Positions 1 to 9,881 of a DNA stretch of 64,000 bases are shown in pieces. Both the position numbers and the translations under genes were made by a program. Location: the sequence record NC_055733.1. The stretch is one strand, 5' to 3'. Every line of letters starts with the position of its first letter. Position 1 is the first letter of the stretch. The notes below the pieces were generated by a model that saw only the letters and a list, made by a program, of their open reading frames with translations, was not told the origin of the DNA and searched no databases.

Positions 1-73
1 ACAGAAACCCAGGAGTGTCAATGCAATATATGCCCAGTTTTCCATAATCCAGTGAACAATTGACATAAAAGAA

Positions 74-622
74 TCAAGCATTCAAATGCTCCTTCAAAAC
101 TCGAATATGTTCAGGACTAAGTCCACGAAGACTCTTCTTAACTTCTTCCAGTAGATTATGATCTCGATTTGCGCTTTCGTCAACAACAACCTTATAAGAT
201 TCACCAAAAGATTTTGTAACTTTCACTCCGTTAGCTTCTTTCATATGATCCGCATTGAGGATCTCTACCGGTTGAAAAGTATAGGTGTAATACGGATTCT
301 TTCCCTGCAATAACAGAAGACTTACAATCCGCTTGATCTCTCCGCTATAAACACCAAGCTGACGAACGGAGCGACCTTCACAATCGCCCTCAGTTGAAAC
401 ACGATACGTTGCCATGATAACTCCTTAGATTTTGAATTTCACACATTCCGACCCGTGAATCACAATCACAGTTTGACGACGACGCCAGAATTGGTACCAT
501 TTCACCTTAGCATACTCGGCCATTTGCATTACCTCTTCAACTGACGCGGAAGTAACGGAAATTTCACCGTTTGGCAGAGTCATCATAACTTGATCATTCA
601 CGATTTGCAGATTCATAATCAT
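74..622 (-). CDS. Two small hypothetical ORFs (74..415, 425..622)
   Basis: Co-oriented with the early region, with GGAG/GAGG ribosome-binding sites; no recognisable motif. Confidence 0.6.
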
Positions 623-738
623 TTCCTCAATTAAGTTGATTCAGAGCACTTGACAGGGCTTCGGCATACGCTATTGCAAATCCCATCATCATTATAAAGA
701 ATGCGACTTTCATTTTGTTTGTCCGATTTCGTCTTGAC

Positions 739-772
739 GTGGACATCATATCAGGATGTCCACGAGTGTCAA
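739..772 (-). promoter_or_regulatory. sigma70-type early promoter with -10 box inside an inverted repeat (PeSL-like)
   Basis: Minus strand reads TTGACA-N17-TATGAT; GTGGACATC/GATGTCCAC arms flank the -10 box. Confidence 0.75.
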
Positions 773-1273
773 TCAAATATCGAAAAGATTTTCTAAAGAA
801 TTTTGCTTTACTATGCCACGAGCTTCTAACAGCCAGTCTGGATATTTTCTACCCTCGCTGATATCAGTGTGATCGATTGTGTTACAATACGCAATGTTAT
901 TCAGCGCAATATCTCGGATTTCATCTGTCTGCCAATCACTGGTTAGATTGAGTTCAGCTAATAACGCTCCAATTCGAGCTATAATCGCTTCCCAGTTATC
1001 TCGCATATACTCACAAGCATAAACATCGGAAACAGCTTGGATCGCGTTGGACCGAGTTACGCCGGCTTTCTTGATCTTACGCTCGATAACTCTAACAACA
1101 AAATTACCGTCGCCAGCAGCAGGCTCAAACATGGTAACGCCGAGATTATCCACGTCCGATACCATATCAATCATATGATCAACGATATGAATAGGAGTAA
1201 AAACTTCGTCGGTTTTCTTTTGTCGATCACGACTGATTGGACCAGTAAACGTTCTCGCATCATCTTTTATCAT
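773..1273 (-). CDS. Small N6-adenine DNA methyltransferase-like protein (SAM-binding motif I only)
   Basis: R..Q.K.DEVFTP and MFEPAAGDGNFV (motif I); no NPPY/F motif. Start placed at ATG 1273 after GGAG. Confidence 0.7.
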   Translation of the reverse strand: MIKDDARTFTGPISRDRQKKTDEVFTPIHIVDHMIDMVSDVDNLGVTMFEPAAGDGNFVVRVIERKIKKAGVTRSNAIQAVSDVYACEYMRDNWEAIIARIGALLAELNLTSDWQTDEIRDIALNNIAYCNTIDHTDISEGRKYPDWLLEARGIVKQNSLENLFDI

Positions 1274-1287
1274 AATTATCTCCAAAG

Positions 1288-1309
1288 AAAAAGGGGCCGC
1301 AGCCCCTTT
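1288..1309 (-). terminator. Intrinsic terminator between the two methyltransferase-like genes
   Basis: GGGGC-TGCG-GCCCC followed by TTTTT on the minus strand. Confidence 0.65.
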
Positions 1310-1312
1310 ATA

Positions 1313-2950
1313 TTATCGTACCAATTCAGCAAAATCAACCGGAATTGCATTTCTTTGTTCTTCGGTGATGCCAAAATGGTTGAACAACTTTTCATCGTCC
1401 CAAGACTGGGTGAAATCAAGCCACGGAATGGATTTCAACTCACCTCGGTGTAGATTTCCGTTCATTTTCAGCGTTGCCAGACACGAGCGAAAAAAGAGTG
1501 TTTTGGTATACGATAGGAAATTGTCTGCCTCTTCCTTGGTAGAAAATTCCCAAGATAACCAGCTATTGTTAGTCAGTCTTGAATCCGATACTACCGCATT
1601 TGTAAATCGTTTCCATAGAGTACATACGAACCATTTTCCATTTTTGTATTCCGGTTCGTTATCTCCATTCATATACTTATGATCATCAACGCTATCCGCG
1701 AACGTGATATTATAAAATGGAAGAAGCCATTCGCCGTACATGTTTACTTGATCTATCGTTTCGGCTGTGTATTTTCCATGTTTTGCAATAACTCGAACGC
1801 GATCCAACTTCGTGAGCTTATTGATATAGGTAATTCCAACCGGAGACGAAATATCAGCAGAGAAACAATCAAATCCGATATATTCCCATGAGCAGTCATA
1901 TTTGGAAACATATGTTAGAAATGCCTTGGCATCATTAGAACGACGAACTTCCTTTCTGTTTGTGATTGTGCTACACGGATGAATAGCAACAACGCGATCT
2001 GCCACTTCTAAGCCTATATTCACAAACTTGAGATCTTCCGCAAAAGGAGGATTCTGCAAGCATACATCAAATTTCATTTTTGCTCCCAGTTTATCTTTGT
2101 TTTTCATCGCATCTGTAGAAATTGCTCCAACCAACATAGAACGCATTTCTTTTGCCTTCTTATCAGAAGAAGTTGCCAGAGTAATCTTTGCTGGATTATA
2201 TCCCATTTTAACTAGAGTATAAACAAACTCCACAGCTTCGACAACAAGGACAGACGGCTGCATATACTTACAAAGATCCGCATAGGAGATCATCTTGTGT
2301 GCAGTTTCGAAGTCCATGACATAAGGCTGATTGGATTTCGCGCTATCGACATAAGTCAAATCCTTGATCCGAACTTCGGAGTTATACCAATCGCGCAATC
2401 CGATCATTTCGATGGCATAGTGATTCATGTAAACGGGCTTTTCAATGACGCTTACACTGGCAACCGGAGCAGGAGCGATCATGTTTTCGATAAGAAAAAC
2501 GATACGCTTCATTTTTACGATGATAAAGTTGGAAACAATTTTGTTCATTTGTTCCGGACTAACATTATAGTCGAATGCGTCTTTTACCATGCTTTCAGGA
2601 ACAGCTACTTCGAACCACTCGGTGCTATTCTTTTCTTTGCGGTCCACGCGAACAAAACCACAGTGTTCCATCATCAGGTGAAGTTGGTGATCGGTATTGA
2701 CGGAAGAATTGGACAGTGACATTTTCCAAGCTTCCACGCAATCTTCGCTAACTGCGGTAGTCTTAGTTTGTCCTTTTACACGAAGGGAAGTATCTTCGTG
2801 TTTGGTTTCACCAACTTTGAACTTGATTTTACGCTCGGCTCGAATCATGTTCCGCACTTCGTTCGGATAGAAATATGCGTACACGTTCTTGCTTTTGTTG
2901 GTGCAGTTTTCGCCCAGGGTTTTCAGCTTAGTGATCAGTTCGTTTTTCAT
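1313..2950 (-). CDS. Eco57I/type IIG-like methyltransferase-domain protein with N-terminal T5orf172/GIY-YIG-like domain
   Basis: FDVCLQNPPF (motif IV); C-terminal IPWLDFTQSWDDEKLFNHFGITEE typical of this family; N-terminal FKVGET...H..L...EWFE. True start MKNEL at 2950 after the TGAGGAA RBS and a promoter. Confidence 0.65.
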   Translation of the reverse strand: MKNELITKLKTLGENCTNKSKNVYAYFYPNEVRNMIRAERKIKFKVGETKHEDTSLRVKGQTKTTAVSEDCVEAWKMSLSNSSVNTDHQLHLMMEHCGFVRVDRKEKNSTEWFEVAVPESMVKDAFDYNVSPEQMNKIVSNFIIVKMKRIVFLIENMIAPAPVASVSVIEKPVYMNHYAIEMIGLRDWYNSEVRIKDLTYVDSAKSNQPYVMDFETAHKMISYADLCKYMQPSVLVVEAVEFVYTLVKMGYNPAKITLATSSDKKAKEMRSMLVGAISTDAMKNKDKLGAKMKFDVCLQNPPFAEDLKFVNIGLEVADRVVAIHPCSTITNRKEVRRSNDAKAFLTYVSKYDCSWEYIGFDCFSADISSPVGITYINKLTKLDRVRVIAKHGKYTAETIDQVNMYGEWLLPFYNITFADSVDDHKYMNGDNEPEYKNGKWFVCTLWKRFTNAVVSDSRLTNNSWLSWEFSTKEEADNFLSYTKTLFFRSCLATLKMNGNLHRGELKSIPWLDFTQSWDDEKLFNHFGITEEQRNAIPVDFAELVR

Positions 2951-3057
2951 GATGTATTCCTCAGTGTTTTGTTTCGATGTGGAACATAATAACAGAATTG
3001 GATTACTGTGCAAGCACTTTCTGGAACTTTTTATATAAAAATCCCGACGAAGCGGGA

Positions 3058-3279
3058 TCAGTCTTTCTTGGATGCCAACATTGCTGCCATCAGCATGTCG
3101 TGGCGTTTTTGTTCTTCTTTCTCTTTGCGTAGATTCGGCAGAATCAGTAACAGAATGATAGAGAAAAGAGGAGTCAGAAAAATGGTGATGATTAACCAAC
3201 CCAGAACAGAACGCCAGCGAGAGTTTGCCAATACCAAAGTTACGATCAGAAATACAAGCCAGCCAATTGCGATTGTCAT
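3058..3279 (-). CDS. Small membrane protein
   Basis: Two hydrophobic segments and a charged C-terminal tail. Confidence 0.6.
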   Translation of the reverse strand: MTIAIGWLVFLIVTLVLANSRWRSVLGWLIITIFLTPLFSIILLLILPNLRKEKEEQKRHDMLMAAMLASKKD

Positions 3280-3731
3280 TTAAACACCGTTATGATAGTT
3301 GATAACGTATTCTTTCAGCTCTTGATAAAAAGCCTGATACTCGATAGCGCGAATAATGTCCTTCGGACCAACACCCTTCAAACGTCTTATATCGCTATTG
3401 TGTCGGAGATCGCTCATTTTGATGTAGACAGAACGAATGTCGGACTTGACTCGTTGCTTGTAAGAATCCATACTTTCGCCCTTGATCTTACTCACATTTT
3501 GAACAAGTTGAACGGCTTCTAGCTCATGCCGTTAGAGATCAAGAGATCTCGTCCACCTTCGATATCTTCAATGATATCATGAGCCAACGCTGCCTGTTTA
3601 GTAGCTTCGTCAGCACACTCCGGAAGACCCTCCATAACCGCCAAGCAGTGTTCGAAATAGGGACGTCCACCTTTGTCGTTAGTTTCCGAGAAAGCAGTTG
3701 CTACCAGTGCGTACAGTTTAGCTAAAGTCAT
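3280..3731 (-). CDS. HD-domain (SpoT/Mesh1-like) hydrolase, split by a frameshift near 3520
   Basis: DKGGRPYFEH...AALAHDIIED in 3519..3731, and K.SDLRHN in 3280..3495. The frames join with a one-base shift (GMS / EAVQLVQNVSK). Confidence 0.7.
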
Positions 3732-3962
3732 GTTCCTTCTCCAGTTCGTTTAACTCTTGAGTTAACATCTTATCACGGTTTGCGTGATATTCAACTTTTT
3801 TCTTTGAATGTTCAATTTCTCGGACTAAATGTTTCCTAGTATTGCTTGAACTCGCCGTTTACAACTTCACCCATTTGACACGCAAAACCGTACATCATAT
3901 ATTCCTCAGTTGATTTGAAAGTGCGATCTATAATGATCGCACCGATTTGGATTACAAGCTTT

Positions 3963-5861
3963 TTAGAACTCTGGATTCATTTTGCTGTGAGTGCCAGCGA
4001 CAAGAGCAAATGTCTTGGAGTATAGCCACTGACCAGTCAACTTTTTACGCCAGAACACACGACCGCTGGAAGTCTTGATAGTTTTCAGACTATCGGAAAT
4101 CTTAACGATTGTTCCACACGGGTAATAATCGCCGTTAAACGTCATGCTCACTTCATCACCAACTTTCGGCATTTCGATTACATCAAATCTAGGGCTTGCC
4201 CATTCGCCTTTGTCGATTGCCAGCAGATTTTTACCTTCGAATTCATCAACGATAGCTTGAGCATTCGCCAGTGACTTGAAATCCCAGCGAGAAACGATGT
4301 AGTGAGTACGATCAGCTTCGCGGGCAGCCATGGCGGCTTTGATATCGGTGTAGATTTCTTTGGTGTTCATATTGAAGTGCAGCATGATGTAATCCTCAGA
4401 AGTTGTTTTGTTTTGATGTGGCTATAGTATCAATAGCCACACCTAGCGTCAACTACTTTTTTCGAAAAATTAGTAATCTTTTCCATTTCGACCGGCGTGA
4501 TATATCATTTCTCGATATATCTTGATGCTCTTTTCATACGGATCTGGCACATTATCCATATCTCGATAGAACTCTCTGTTGTTCTTACTGTCTCTGATGT
4601 ATTTTCCGAGATAGCCACTGATTCCATTCAGATAGGTACGCATGGATTGCGTATTGAGCATTTCAGACGGAATTGTTTGGAGTAGTTCTTTCAGTTCGTT
4701 GAAACGTTCTACCACTTTCTGGTATTGTTCATCGAACTTAGAGAACTCGGCCAGATTCATACGAAGTCGATTCATGTGCCTAAGTTCAAACGCGAGTTCG
4801 CGAGAGATTACTCCAAATTTACTTGCAAAATCAGGATTCATTTGATCTCCCTTTTAAGATTCGCATTTCCATTTCAGCGCAAGCGACATTATAGAAATCA
4901 CGCTTTGCTTGAGCCAGTTCCGGAACAACTACGTTCATTCGATGCATATACAGATCATCAAGACGATTCAGAATCTTGACACCATCGCGAGACAGTTTAC
5001 CGTTTTCGGTCTGTGCCTGCTTTTCAATCTCAACTTCTCGAATGCATTCCAACTGATAATCCGCCGACATTTGCCGATCTTTCAGTCGCTTGTATACTTC
5101 CAAAATATCAATTTGCATTTTTCAATCCTATATACCACAGTTTACCAACACTGGTATGTTGATACCGTTCTTTATCCCACATACGGCGTCTAACGGCACT
5201 TGTGTGTTCATTGCCACCGCTTGTTTTGTCTAGCCAGCGCATCATGATACGGAAACAGAGTCCCACGTCCATTCTGAATTCGCAAGCCATTTCGTCATAC
5301 AGTTTATCATTTACATAAAGCCGACAATGATACTTGTTGTTGATCCTTGTCAGCTTGGTCTCGGTTTTTAGTTCGCTCAAATAAGACGCTCCCCAGTTAC
5401 AACAGTTTTACCACTTGAATAGTAGCCGTACTGTTTCCACTTTCTCATATTGCTAATCATGATATTCTTTGCCGCTTGTTCCGCTTTCTCCGCAGTATCA
5501 TAAGAAATAGTATAATCAACACGGGAAATACCTACAGCACATACGAACGGATAAAATTTCATGATTAGCTCCTCGATTTGATAAAGTGATTGTATCAGAG
5601 TCCAAACCGATACGCAATGTATTGTTTGTAAGAATCCAAAGAAATTACGTTTTTGTGCCAACTTACGTGCAGTTCAACACCAGCAACAGAATCAACACTA
5701 CCTAATTTGGTATCCCAGAAGTGAGTTTTCACTTTACGTTTCGGGCGCTCCAAAAAGAAATTTAAACTGCCGTCTTTGTCTTGCGCAACGTATGACCCGC
5801 AGAAGTTTTTGCCTTCTTTAACGAGAGATTCAACAACGATTTCCATGAATGACTTTTTCAT
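3963..5861 (-). CDS. Run of small hypothetical early ORFs (3963..4385, 4470..4841, 4831..5118, 5108..5380, 5595..5861)
   Basis: Tightly packed, with overlapping start/stop codons, RBSs and upstream promoters; no motifs recognised. Confidence 0.6.
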
Positions 5862-5917
5862 AATAAACCTCGGCGTTTCGATGTGGCTATATTATCAGGT
5901 CCATATCCGGTGTCAAC

Positions 5918-5943
5918 AAAAAAGCCACCCGAAGGTGGCTTTT
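5918..5943 (-). terminator. T4-type UUCG intrinsic terminator
   Basis: GCCACC-TTCG-GGTGGC-TTTTTT on the minus strand, after nadV. Confidence 0.85.
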
Positions 5944-5947
5944 ATTT

Positions 5948-7393
5948 TTACGCTTGTTCGTCGCTACGTGCGCGAGCTTCGTCAAACAGTGCTTTGTTGT
6001 AGCTGTGAGCACAAACACCGTCCATCAGATAAGTAACAAACTCGTTACTGTTCTCATACTGTGCGAATCGCGGGTCAAGAACGTTTACAGTCTTATATTG
6101 ACCGTCGATCTTAACGAGACGCATACGACCAGCTTTGGAAGCTTTCCATGCAGCGTCTTTTGGATTCTTACGAACACCACGCCATTTGCCATTTACGCGA
6201 ATCGCAGAGCATTTGTAAGCCCACTTCTGAGTGTCGCGGTCGCATTTTTGCAGCAAGCCACCACCCATACCGAAAGCAACGTTTTCAACACTGAAACCCA
6301 GTTCTTTGATGAACTTCAAGCAAGCTTCGACATCCTTATCGGAACTCAGGCCGTCTCCTTGAATCACGCGGTAGCTACCATGCAGAACTTTATAACCTTT
6401 GCTGTTTACAGTGAAGCCAACGTTTTTCGCGATAGTCTCCAGTGCATATCCGATATTGTCGAACATGTCGCCAGAGTCAGGACGAATCACGCAAGTACCG
6501 CCACGTGCCAAAATCTCTTTCTTGAATTCACCGGTAGTCAGACGATCAACGGCAGATTTGTAGTCGATAGAGTCAGCAACTACAGCATAAACACCGTCAC
6601 CCCATTGACGAATACTGTTCCAGAATGCTTCATCTTCTTGTTCAGGAGTCAGCATACCTTCATCACCATAACAAATGGTAGTGCTGTGCTCACGCGCTGG
6701 AATACTGATACCAACCGCGATATCATGAGCCAGATTATAGATATCTTGTGCCATAATCAGAGCTTCAACGGTATCGGTACCGATAAAGTTGATCAGGTGC
6801 GCCAGACCACCCAGTTTTGCCGCTTGTTCGCAAGTCGCGCCGCGAGCACCGAAGTCGTGCAAGCGAGTTTTCAGAACGAAATCAAAGTCGGCACCGGTCA
6901 GATCTGAGGTTTCTTTCAGATACTTTTTCACCAGCTTCTTGATTTTGAAACTCAGAGTGGCAACAGAACTCGGATACCAGTGACCACGCAACAGGAAAGT
7001 TTCCAGATGCCCACCAATGCTGAATTCAGGACCGAAAGTCTCAACAACCATAGTTGCATTGCGACCGGGGATAACTTGTCCGTCTTTTACACCGTACATA
7101 TTAACCGGCAGCTTACCACCACGTTCAGTTGCAATTTTCATCCACATGTCATAGGCGAATACATCGCGACCGAAATGTGATTTGTAAAGCATGTTAGCGC
7201 GAGTTACGTCAGCGACGGTAATGCCCTGCTCCAGGACACGCGAAACAAAGTGCAGACCCGATACCATCAACTTATCATCAATACGAGGTTCAGCATAGAA
7301 ACTCGCGGCGTCAGTACCTTGTGGGAACTGCCATGGATGAGTGATTTTGTAAGAGTCGGTGGAAGTACACAGGTTAGATTTAAATACGTTCAT
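5948..7393 (-). CDS. nadV: Nicotinamide phosphoribosyltransferase (NAMPT)
   Basis: TDSYK..H, LHDFGARG, PAREHST, VADS.D, IRPDSGD, RVIQGDG, FGMGGGLLQK.DRDT..WAYK motifs. Start at ATG 7393 after GGAG. Confidence 0.93.
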   Translation of the reverse strand: MNVFKSNLCTSTDSYKITHPWQFPQGTDAASFYAEPRIDDKLMVSGLHFVSRVLEQGITVADVTRANMLYKSHFGRDVFAYDMWMKIATERGGKLPVNMYGVKDGQVIPGRNATMVVETFGPEFSIGGHLETFLLRGHWYPSSVATLSFKIKKLVKKYLKETSDLTGADFDFVLKTRLHDFGARGATCEQAAKLGGLAHLINFIGTDTVEALIMAQDIYNLAHDIAVGISIPAREHSTTICYGDEGMLTPEQEDEAFWNSIRQWGDGVYAVVADSIDYKSAVDRLTTGEFKKEILARGGTCVIRPDSGDMFDNIGYALETIAKNVGFTVNSKGYKVLHGSYRVIQGDGLSSDKDVEACLKFIKELGFSVENVAFGMGGGLLQKCDRDTQKWAYKCSAIRVNGKWRGVRKNPKDAAWKASKAGRMRLVKIDGQYKTVNVLDPRFAQYENSNEFVTYLMDGVCAHSYNKALFDEARARSDEQA

Positions 7394-7514
7394 TTTGAAG
7401 GCTCCCTTCATTGATTGTGGTTTGTTTGTGATTTCTTATCACAAAAAGATTGTCTCATATCTTTAGACACAAAACAAGCTTTTTGTGAGGGGTATTTTCT
7501 ACCCCGTCACGTTA

Positions 7515-8192
7515 TCAGAATACCAGTGCGATACCAGCAACAGCAGAGTTATCATAGCCAACACCGGTAGTTACAGTGTGGCGCAGTTTAACATAGGGCT
7601 GGAACAGCTCGCCAGTCAGAGTCATAGCGATTTCGTGTTCATTGGAAGTCGGAAGACCCAGAGAGAAATCGGTACGTTCATGTTGGGTTTTACGGGTAAA
7701 GTTATATCCTACAGTCATTTCGGGGTGAATTTCATAACTCACACCAGCTTTGATCTTGCTATAGTCTTGACCTTCGTTCATGAAGCTATAACCAGCGCCA
7801 GCGTAGGAATACAGTTTGGCGAACGGCATGTATTCAACGATGCCCTGGAAGTAAGTTTCATGATCGGTATTCACATCACCTTCATAGATGCCGTATTCAG
7901 CACTAGGAACAAAGGTAAAATCATCAGAGATCTGAATTGTCTTGCCCAGAGTACCGGCAGTGTGCTTGGTAGTGTCGTGTTTGACTTCCAGGAAGTAGGA
8001 GTCAGGCAGAGCAACGGAAGCACCGTATTCAGAAACATCGGTAGAGACGTTACGCTCTACATAGATCTTTTCAAATTGAACTTGAGCGGCAGCTTCGGTC
8101 AGATCGGAAGCTTGTGCTTGGGTACAGCCAAAAGATGCAGCAGCTACGGCCAAGCCAATGATTACACTGTGAATAAAGTTTTTGGACATCAA
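7515..8192 (-). CDS. Exported outer-membrane beta-barrel-like protein
   Basis: Signal peptide ending AQA, amphipathic aromatic-rich beta strands, and C-terminal ...GIALVF with a terminal Phe. Confidence 0.65.
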   Translation of the reverse strand: MMSKNFIHSVIIGLAVAAASFGCTQAQASDLTEAAAQVQFEKIYVERNVSTDVSEYGASVALPDSYFLEVKHDTTKHTAGTLGKTIQISDDFTFVPSAEYGIYEGDVNTDHETYFQGIVEYMPFAKLYSYAGAGYSFMNEGQDYSKIKAGVSYEIHPEMTVGYNFTRKTQHERTDFSLGLPTSNEHEIAMTLTGELFQPYVKLRHTVTTGVGYDNSAVAGIALVF

Positions 8193-8203
8193 GGTATTAC
8201 CTC

Positions 8204-8931
8204 TTAGTTGATTGAGAATAAAGCAACAACAAGTATCAACATTATTATTAGGATCTTGTTGTCACCATGTTTACTTAACGTTTCCAGTATACGTCGCTCG
8301 ATTGCAACTGTCAACAACTTTTTCGCGATTGCTAACGGTATAACAAGAAACGTTAAGACTAGGAACTTATGTTGATTATACATTAGCTCCAGAAGATTGC
8401 AAACACTATCGTAAAAATCCATATCGTTACTATAGTTGACGGTCGATGAAGAAAAATCAAACCAATCGTCCTTACAGTAACTCCGTCATATAACGGCTAT
8501 ACGAGATTGTATAGTCAGAGCCAAATCCGGTGATATCTTCCCAGTCTTGACCCGGGTCCACTTTTACAATAAACCCGTAACCGAGAAATGGAATTTCATG
8601 ATTGGTTCCTAAACCGACAACGGTACATTTAAACTTTTGAACGTTGCCGAATATACCGGAGACGAGTTCAACTTCAACCCGATCTCCATTTTCAAACGGA
8701 TACATCGAATAGTCCTTGTTGTTTAGCTTTTTCAAAAAGCGGGTGATTGTCCGATATCGAGATATCAAGAGCTTTTATGATAAGACTAATGTCTTCCAAT
8801 GTCAACTCTTTTTTCGTGATTTTATGGGTTTTCGGGATGCGAATAGATCCAGTCAGACTATTGTCACCACGATGATACCAGTCTTCTCGTTGCTCGATCA
8901 GTTCGTCTTGATGGAGTGCGTCCTGACTCAT
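8204..8931 (-). CDS. Small hypothetical ORFs (8204..8422 membrane, 8472..8768, 8692..8931)
   Basis: Co-oriented and tightly packed. Confidence 0.5.
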
Positions 8932-9881
8932 TTGTTGATTTCCTCTACATAAACATCATAAAGGAAATTATCCCAGAATTCCTTGTCCACGGACTCGCGC
9001 ATACCGTTTTTCTTGGCAATAACGATTTCCGCTTCCACGTCATTCATGAGCTGTTCAAGATACGGATTAACTTCATCTACCAGATTACGATTTCCCAACT
9101 TAATGTCAAGAATAAATTCACGATGTTTCAACGGGAATTTCAGATCACCAGTCCGATAAATTTCAAGCAGTTGCTCGCCACCACGGACGGCATGAGAAAG
9201 TGCTTTCCAGTCCACACCGACTTCTTCTTTCGCCTTCTTAGCGCGATCACCGTACTCTTCCCAGATCTTCGTGATCTGTTGTTCAAACTCAGTGAACTTG
9301 ATTCCATAAAGATACTTGCGCCCCAGAACTTCATAGAAGCTCACCGGCTCGCCAGTTCGAGAGAGTTCACACCCAGGGAACGTGAATTCGTCGCTAGGAA
9401 GACGTCCAATAAAGCTGGACAGACGGTAGCCACGTTCGTCTTGTGGTACTGCTTTGACTACTGCCATAACTCGTTCCAGCGCGGCCAAGCGTGTGCCCTT
9501 AACGCCGTACTTGGTAGCTTGCTTACGACAGTAACCCAAGAATGCATCCATTTTTGTGGTATAGAACATCGAGCGATTTTCGTGGATATATTCCCAGTGC
9601 TTTGAAGTCTCCAGCAGTTGATTACTATGCAACATATCAATACACATAGTTTCGCCTTTGCTTGCGAGTCGCAAGAACTGGCGCAAGGACATCATTTCGG
9701 TATCGATATCATCAACGGTATTCTTGCCTTTGCCACCGGTCGATTCGTTGTAGACTTCTCGCCCACCCAGTACGATTTCTCTGGGAGTAGGGATAAAGAT
9801 TCCTTTATAATCTCGATCCGAAGTCGGGGTACTCAGCCCGTACAGGTGCGAGCCGAATACAGTTTTCATCAAAGTTTTCAT
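8928..9881 (-). CDS. nrdC.11: Pol-beta-superfamily nucleotidyltransferase (T4 NrdC.11/RlaP-like)
   Basis: GSHLYGLSTPTSDRDYKGIF (GS..G....SD.D) and the DWKALSHAVR motif. Confidence 0.85.
   Translation of the reverse strand: MKTLMKTVFGSHLYGLSTPTSDRDYKGIFIPTPREIVLGGREVYNESTGGKGKNTVDDIDTEMMSLRQFLRLASKGETMCIDMLHSNQLLETSKHWEYIHENRSMFYTTKMDAFLGYCRKQATKYGVKGTRLAALERVMAVVKAVPQDERGYRLSSFIGRLPSDEFTFPGCELSRTGEPVSFYEVLGRKYLYGIKFTEFEQQITKIWEEYGDRAKKAKEEVGVDWKALSHAVRGGEQLLEIYRTGDLKFPLKHREFILDIKLGNRNLVDEVNPYLEQLMNDVEAEIVIAKKNGMRESVDKEFWDNFLYDVYVEEINK

Noticed and set aside
3495-3521. Stop-codon readthrough or recoding of the TAG in the HD gene
   Set aside because: The downstream half is in a different frame, no suppressor tRNA was found, and other genes end normally.
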